From Actinomycetales bacterium (GTDB lineage: Bacteria; Actinomycetota; Actinomycetes; Actinomycetales; CAVURS01), in assembly GCA_045807245.1 (NCBI GenBank), contig JBJMHS010000055.1, positions 1 through 63,775 of the forward strand: a stretch of DNA of 63,775 bases, given 5' to 3'. Below, one piece after another: positions 59,427-63,775 of this stretch (positions within the stretch are counted from its first letter, which is position 1; each line of letters starts with the position of its first letter). Position numbers and translations under genes: made by a program. Below the pieces are notes generated by a model. It was given only the letters and a program-made list of their open reading frames with translations, was not told the origin of the DNA and searched no databases.

Positions 59427-59881
59427 GTGGTGGACTATGTACGTCGGGTGCCTGCGCCGGACGCGAGTAGTCGGCGTGCACTTCAAGCCGTGGGGGGTCG
59501 CACCGTTCGTCGACCTGCCGTTGAACGAGATGCAGAACAGGTCAGTGCCCGCCGATGCGGTGTGGGGTCGGTCCGCCGACCGTGCTCGTTGATCACGTCG
59601 CCAGGCAGATGGAGGCCTCGTGGGGCGCGGTGCGAGTCGGCATGCCGAAACGGATGGCACGGATCTACCGCTCCGCGCGTGTGCTTCTCAGCGTCGATGC
59701 CCGGGGTCCGGTCGATTGGGCGCAGCTCGCACACGCCGCCGGCTACTTCGATCAGGCGCACTTCAGCAAGGAGTTCAAGATCTTCACGGGCCGCACCCCA
59801 AGTTCCTACCTGGAACTACGACGCCGGTACCCCGCCAAGGCGGCGTTTCCGCCGGACAACGCAACGATGCCCGCCGAGTGA
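59427..59881 (+). pseudogene. fragmented AraC-family regulator
   Basis: Pieces in three frames: VDYVRRVPAP / VVGVHFKPWG..VWG / ..DWAQLAHAAGYFDQAHFSKEFKIFTGRTP; far shorter than an intact AraC. Confidence 0.75.
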
Positions 59882-59954
59882 TTTTCTACAAGCGGACGGA
59901 TCCCGGCTGCGCGAAGGTTGTGAGACACACGCAGGCAAGAGCCGAGGAGCAGCA

Positions 59955-60577
59955 GTGGGCACCGTGATGATGCACAACGTCGTGTCGATCGACGGCTTTA
60001 TCGCCGACGAGAACGATGACGTCAGGTCCCTGCACGAGTGGTACTTCAGCGGGGACAATCCCATCAGGGACCGCGATGACTCTGACTTCGACCACTCCGG
60101 AGCCGGAGCTGGGGCGCGGTTCGCGGTCTCGAGCGCCTCCGCCCACTACGTCCGATCCATGTGGGCCTCGATCGGCGTCACCGTCATGGGCCGTCACCTG
60201 TTCGACCTGGTCAACGGCTGGGAGGGCAACCCGCCGGCAGGTGACCACGTCGTCGTGGTGTCGCACCGGCCCAAGCCCGAAGGCTGGCACCCCGAGGCTC
60301 GTACCATTTCATCGACAACGTGACCGCCGCGATCGCCAAAGCGCAGGATCTCGCGGGGGAGCGCACCATCACGGTGAACGCCGGCGAGGTCGGTAGTCAG
60401 GTCCTTGCTGCCGGGCTCGTGGACGAGGTCGCCATGGACCTCGTGCCAGTGGTTTTCGGCTCAGGCAAGCGCTACTTCGTGAACATTCACGACGAGCTAC
60501 TGCTCGACGATCCGCACGTCGTCATCCAGGGCGAGCGCGTGCTGCATCTGCGGTTCAAGGTGCGCCGCAATGCATAA
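59955..60577 (+). pseudogene. frameshifted dihydrofolate reductase/RibD-C family gene
   Basis: VSIDGFIAD, VMGRHLF in one frame; YHFIDNV..GLVDEVAMDLVPVVFGSGKRYF in another; shift near 60298. Confidence 0.8.
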
Positions 60578-60592
60578 CGCAGACAATCCCGT

Positions 60593-61159
60593 TCACATCT
60601 CTGCGGTCGTGGTTGCTGCGGCTCGTCGTCGTCGAAGGGTCTGGGCTTTCACCCGGTTCTGGCAGCGCTCGGAGCAGAAGCGCCGGGTGCCGTTCTTGGT
60701 GGTGTCGAGGAACGCGCGGCCGCAGTCCGTCGCAGCGCAGAGATGGACGCGGTCTTGGTGACCGTCTCCGACCAGACGGGCCAGCGCCTCGGCGCAGATC
60801 GACGTCCAGGCCTGCACGAGGCCCACGCCGAGAGGGTGGTGATGCAGGGACCATCTCGCGTCGTCCCCGCGCACCAGGTGCGGGACCGCAGGGGACGAGG
60901 TAAGGAGAGTGTTGAGACGCTGCGCGGCAGCATCCGTATCGCCGTCGTGGAGGGCGGCAATGACTTTGCGCAGCTCTTCGCCCAGAGCGGTCAGCGCCTC
61001 GACGTGCGCGGTCGGTCGGTCTGCCATCGACTCAGCGTCGAAGGCGAACAGGCTCTCCACCGCCTCCGGACCCGGCTGCCTCGGGCGCACCACGAGCTCG
61101 TTGACAAGACCCATGGAGACCGTGACGCCGGCTTCGGATGCATAACTGTCTAATAGCAC
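60593..61159 (-). CDS. CGNR zinc-finger (ABATE) regulator
   Basis: CAATDC..FLDTTKNGTRRFCSERCQNR. Confidence 0.88.
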   Translation of the reverse strand: MLLDSYASEAGVTVSMGLVNELVVRPRQPGPEAVESLFAFDAESMADRPTAHVEALTALGEELRKVIAALHDGDTDAAAQRLNTLLTSSPAVPHLVRGDDARWSLHHHPLGVGLVQAWTSICAEALARLVGDGHQDRVHLCAATDCGRAFLDTTKNGTRRFCSERCQNRVKAQTLRRRRAAATTTAEM

Positions 61160-61188
61160 TTGACCAGGTACCTTCGGTTGTCTACGTT
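61160..61188 (+). promoter_or_regulatory. putative promoter of the DHFR-family gene
   Basis: TTGACC-17 nt-TACGTT. Confidence 0.5.
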
Positions 61189-61235
61189 GTCCCTGACAAA
61201 CCTCAGTATGCCAGGTACCGACCTCAGGAGCTCTC

Positions 61236-61850
61236 ATGCCCAACCCGAACCCGACCCGCGGCGCCAAGCGCCGCGTCGTCGCCAACATCACCCTGTCTCT
61301 GGATGGCCGCACGCACGGCGCTGCCGGAGACGCCGACATGTCGTGGATCGTGCCGCACGCCGTCACGGACACTGCCCGCGACCACATGACGGCCTTCACC
61401 CGTACGGCGAGCACGGCCCTGTTGGGCCGCAAGAACTTCGAGGGCTTCGGCGGATTCTGGCCGGCGGTCGCGGACATGGCCGAGGCGGACCCCCGCGACC
61501 GCGCGTTCAGCGCCTGGCTCAACGAGGCCGACAAGGTGGTCCTCTCCACATCGCTGCAGTCGACGGACTGGGCGCACTCCCGGATCGAGCGGCACGATCC
61601 CGTCACGGTCGTCGACCGCCTGCAGGCCGAGGCTGGTGGCGACATCGTGGTGCTGGCCTCCGGCTCTGTGATCCGGGCCCTGCTGGCGGCCGACCGCGTC
61701 GACCGGCTCTCCCTCGTCCTTTGCCCGCAGGTCGCCGGAGGCGGCACACGGCTCTTCGAAGACGGGCTCCCGGCGACGGCCTGGCGGCTCGTCTCCTCGA
61801 CACCTACCGAGAGCGGTGCACTGTGCCTCATCTACGACCGCTCGGTCTGA
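61236..61850 (+). CDS. dihydrofolate reductase/RibD-C family protein
   Basis: LSLDG, LLGRKNFEGF, KVVLS, GGGTRLF; AGGAG RBS. Confidence 0.9.
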   Translation: MPNPNPTRGAKRRVVANITLSLDGRTHGAAGDADMSWIVPHAVTDTARDHMTAFTRTASTALLGRKNFEGFGGFWPAVADMAEADPRDRAFSAWLNEADKVVLSTSLQSTDWAHSRIERHDPVTVVDRLQAEAGGDIVVLASGSVIRALLAADRVDRLSLVLCPQVAGGGTRLFEDGLPATAWRLVSSTPTESGALCLIYDRSV

Positions 61851-62314
61851 CCTACGCCATACGCCGCGCGGTGCCGGCCGACCTCGAGGGGGTTCTCGAG
61901 GTCGGCCGCCGGGCCTGGCGCGACCGCTTCGAGCCGATCGCCGGCTCGGCGTACGTCGACGCCGGACTCGCCCGCTACTGGACTGACCAGAAGCTCGCTC
62001 GCGAGATCGGCGCCGGCGAGGTCCTGGTCGCGGCCACCGACAAGGTGGTCCTCGGGATGGCCACGGTGCGGTCGGACGGTGGGGACAACCACTTCCTCGC
62101 CCGCCTCTATGTCGATCCCGCGGCACAAGGCTCAGGCGTCGGATCGGCGCTGCTGGACGCAGCGACGGCGCAGTGCGCCGGAACCATCTCGCTGACCGTC
62201 CTGTCCGTCAACCACCGCGCCCGCGACTTCTACGAACGTCACGGCTTCCTACCGACCGGCCAGGAAGTCGAGCCCGACGGCGGTCCGCCGCAACTGCACA
62301 TGATCCGCGAGTGA
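61847..62314 (+). CDS. GNAT acetyltransferase (start possibly CTG 61847 or GTG 61871)
   Basis: IRRAVPADL, LYVDPAAQGSGVGSALL, NHRARDFYERHGF. Confidence 0.82.
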   Translation: MTYAIRRAVPADLEGVLEVGRRAWRDRFEPIAGSAYVDAGLARYWTDQKLAREIGAGEVLVAATDKVVLGMATVRSDGGDNHFLARLYVDPAAQGSGVGSALLDAATAQCAGTISLTVLSVNHRARDFYERHGFLPTGQEVEPDGGPPQLHMIRE

Positions 62315-62345
62315 CGCCGGATAGCTCGCCCCTCGGTCCCCTGGA

Positions 62346-62603
62346 TCAGGCGGAGCCGTCGTCGAGTCTCTCCACCGCCAGGACGGCCTCGCGCAGGTCG
62401 CTGAGCCCGATCTCGTACCTCAGGTCGTCCGCGGGGTCGGACGCGAACGGGTCATTCGGGTCGAACGCCGTGTACGCCGCGGTGAGATCGACGGGATGGC
62501 TCGACCCGGCGAGGGTCAGCTCGGCGTCGACGTTCTCCTCGATGCGTTCGAGGTCCTGCTTCAGGCTCATCCTGCTGTCCTGCTTCGAGTGGTCCGAGCT
62601 CAT
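62346..62603 (-). CDS. small acidic hypothetical protein
   Basis: AAGGAG RBS before ATG 62603; typical codon bias. Confidence 0.6.
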   Translation of the reverse strand: MSSDHSKQDSRMSLKQDLERIEENVDAELTLAGSSHPVDLTAAYTAFDPNDPFASDPADDLRYEIGLSDLREAVLAVERLDDGSA

Positions 62604-62629
62604 GACGTCTCCTTGGCGTGAGGCGCGGG

Positions 62630-63379
62630 CTATGTGTGGTTGTGGGCGAGCCACGTGGCGAACGTCGTCGCGCCCAGTCGAGCCTCCGGGCCAGCGGTGA
62701 TCGAGTCGTCGGTGAGCTCGGTGCCGAAGTAGCGGGCGTGCTCATCTCCCGCGACGGTCCGCGAGTCGTTGTCGGCCGCCAGGACGGCGCGCATCAGATC
62801 GGGGAACCTGATTCGCTCCGGGCCGGCGATCTCAAGGACACCGTTGACCGGGTCGGACAACGCGGCATCGGTCACCGCAGCGGCCACGTCCTCGGCGGCG
62901 ATCGGCTGAAGCTCGGCAGTGGGAACCCGCACCGTGCTGCCGTCGGTGGCGGCGTCGGCGGTCGCCCGCATGAACTCGAAGAACTGCGTTGAGCGGACGA
63001 TCGTGTACGGCTGGCCGGCTCCTTCGATGAGCTCCTCCTGCGCGATCTTGGCCCGCATGTACCCGCTGTCCGGCACTCGGTCGGCGCCCACGATGGTGAG
63101 GGCCACATGGTGCCCGATGCCGGCGTTCACCTCTGCCTTAAGCAGGTTCCGTCCGGAAGTCTCGAAGAAGTCGAGAACGGCCGCGTCCTCGAACGACGGC
63201 GAGTTGGCGAGGTCGACAACCACCTGCGCCCCGGTGAGTGCTGCGTCCAGGCCGTCGCCGGTGATGGTGTTGACGCCGGTGTCCGGGGATGCCGCCACGG
63301 CCTCGTGCCCACGGGCGCGCAGATTTCGGACGACCTTGCTGCCGATCAGCCCAGTCCCTCCGATAACCACGATCTTCAT
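62630..63379 (-). CDS. NAD(P)H-binding atypical SDR
   Basis: MKIVVIGGTGLIG, YMRAK, RSTQFFEF. Confidence 0.92.
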   Translation of the reverse strand: MKIVVIGGTGLIGSKVVRNLRARGHEAVAASPDTGVNTITGDGLDAALTGAQVVVDLANSPSFEDAAVLDFFETSGRNLLKAEVNAGIGHHVALTIVGADRVPDSGYMRAKIAQEELIEGAGQPYTIVRSTQFFEFMRATADAATDGSTVRVPTAELQPIAAEDVAAAVTDAALSDPVNGVLEIAGPERIRFPDLMRAVLAADNDSRTVAGDEHARYFGTELTDDSITAGPEARLGATTFATWLAHNHT

Positions 63380-63480
63380 CTCGCTGCCTTTCGCATCGGA
63401 TGCCGGACGCACAGGTTTTGCGTCGCGCGCATGACCTCACGATGGAGCGAAAGACACGCGGATCGACTCCGTGCATTGCC

Positions 63481-63775
63481 CTAGTCGTGCCCCCGAGCGG
63501 TCGGACCAGGGAGACGAGGGAGGGCCTGCCGCAGTTCCCTCCGCGAGGTGACGTCGAGCTTGGGGAACACCTTGTGCAAGTGGTACTCGACCGTGCGTGG
63601 GCTGATGAAGAGCTGGGCGGCGATCTCGGGGTTGGTCAAGCCATCCGCGGCCAGTCGGGCAATCTGTGCTTCCTGAGGTGTCAGCACGCTCACCGTGTCC
63701 GCGGTGCGTGTGCGCGCGGTCTGGCCGGTGGCGAGCAGCTCGCGGCGGGCGCGCTCTGCGAAGGCCGCCGCTCCG
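63481..63775 (-). CDS. LuxR-type HTH regulator C-terminus (5'-truncated by window edge)
   Basis: [46 protein letters not shown]. Confidence 0.9.
   Translation of the reverse strand, partial: GAAAFAERARRELLATGQTARTRTADTVSVLTPQEAQIARLAADGLTNPEIAAQLFISPRTVEYHLHKVFPKLDVTSRRELRQALPRLPGPTARGHD

Overview
High-GC actinobacterial chromosome segment (family not determinable from sequence alone). The backbone is the dispersed purine-biosynthesis region (purA partial, purD-purC, purS-purQ-purL, purF-purM), followed by the conserved purM-DUF3073-vdh-bldC block. Accessory genes are interleaved. They include tandem secreted M1 aminopeptidases, a sortase-anchored Ig-repeat surface protein, a polyamine-type ABC transporter, a compact ars locus, a TetR/GcvT-like/PYROXD2-like module, a secreted GH78-like glycosidase and a membrane patatin-like protein. 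The right-hand end holds many small regulator/detox genes with visible decay (AraC and DHFR-family pseudogenes). No rRNA, tRNA, CRISPR, transposase or integrase was recognised. The best candidate for an undescribed system is the ars locus: ArsR plus an ArsC-GNAT fusion with no efflux pump, facing a divergent 27-aa Cys-rich peptide (CxCxC..CC) across three putative operator palindromes. Other notable items are a repeated ~100-bp palindromic element after purA and purC, a Glu-to-Asp change at a Zn ligand in one M1 paralog, a perfect CRP-type site before a 52-aa orphan, and pervasive leaderless promoters. All product calls come from motif recognition by eye, not database searches. Start codons were adjusted by hand from the ORF track.
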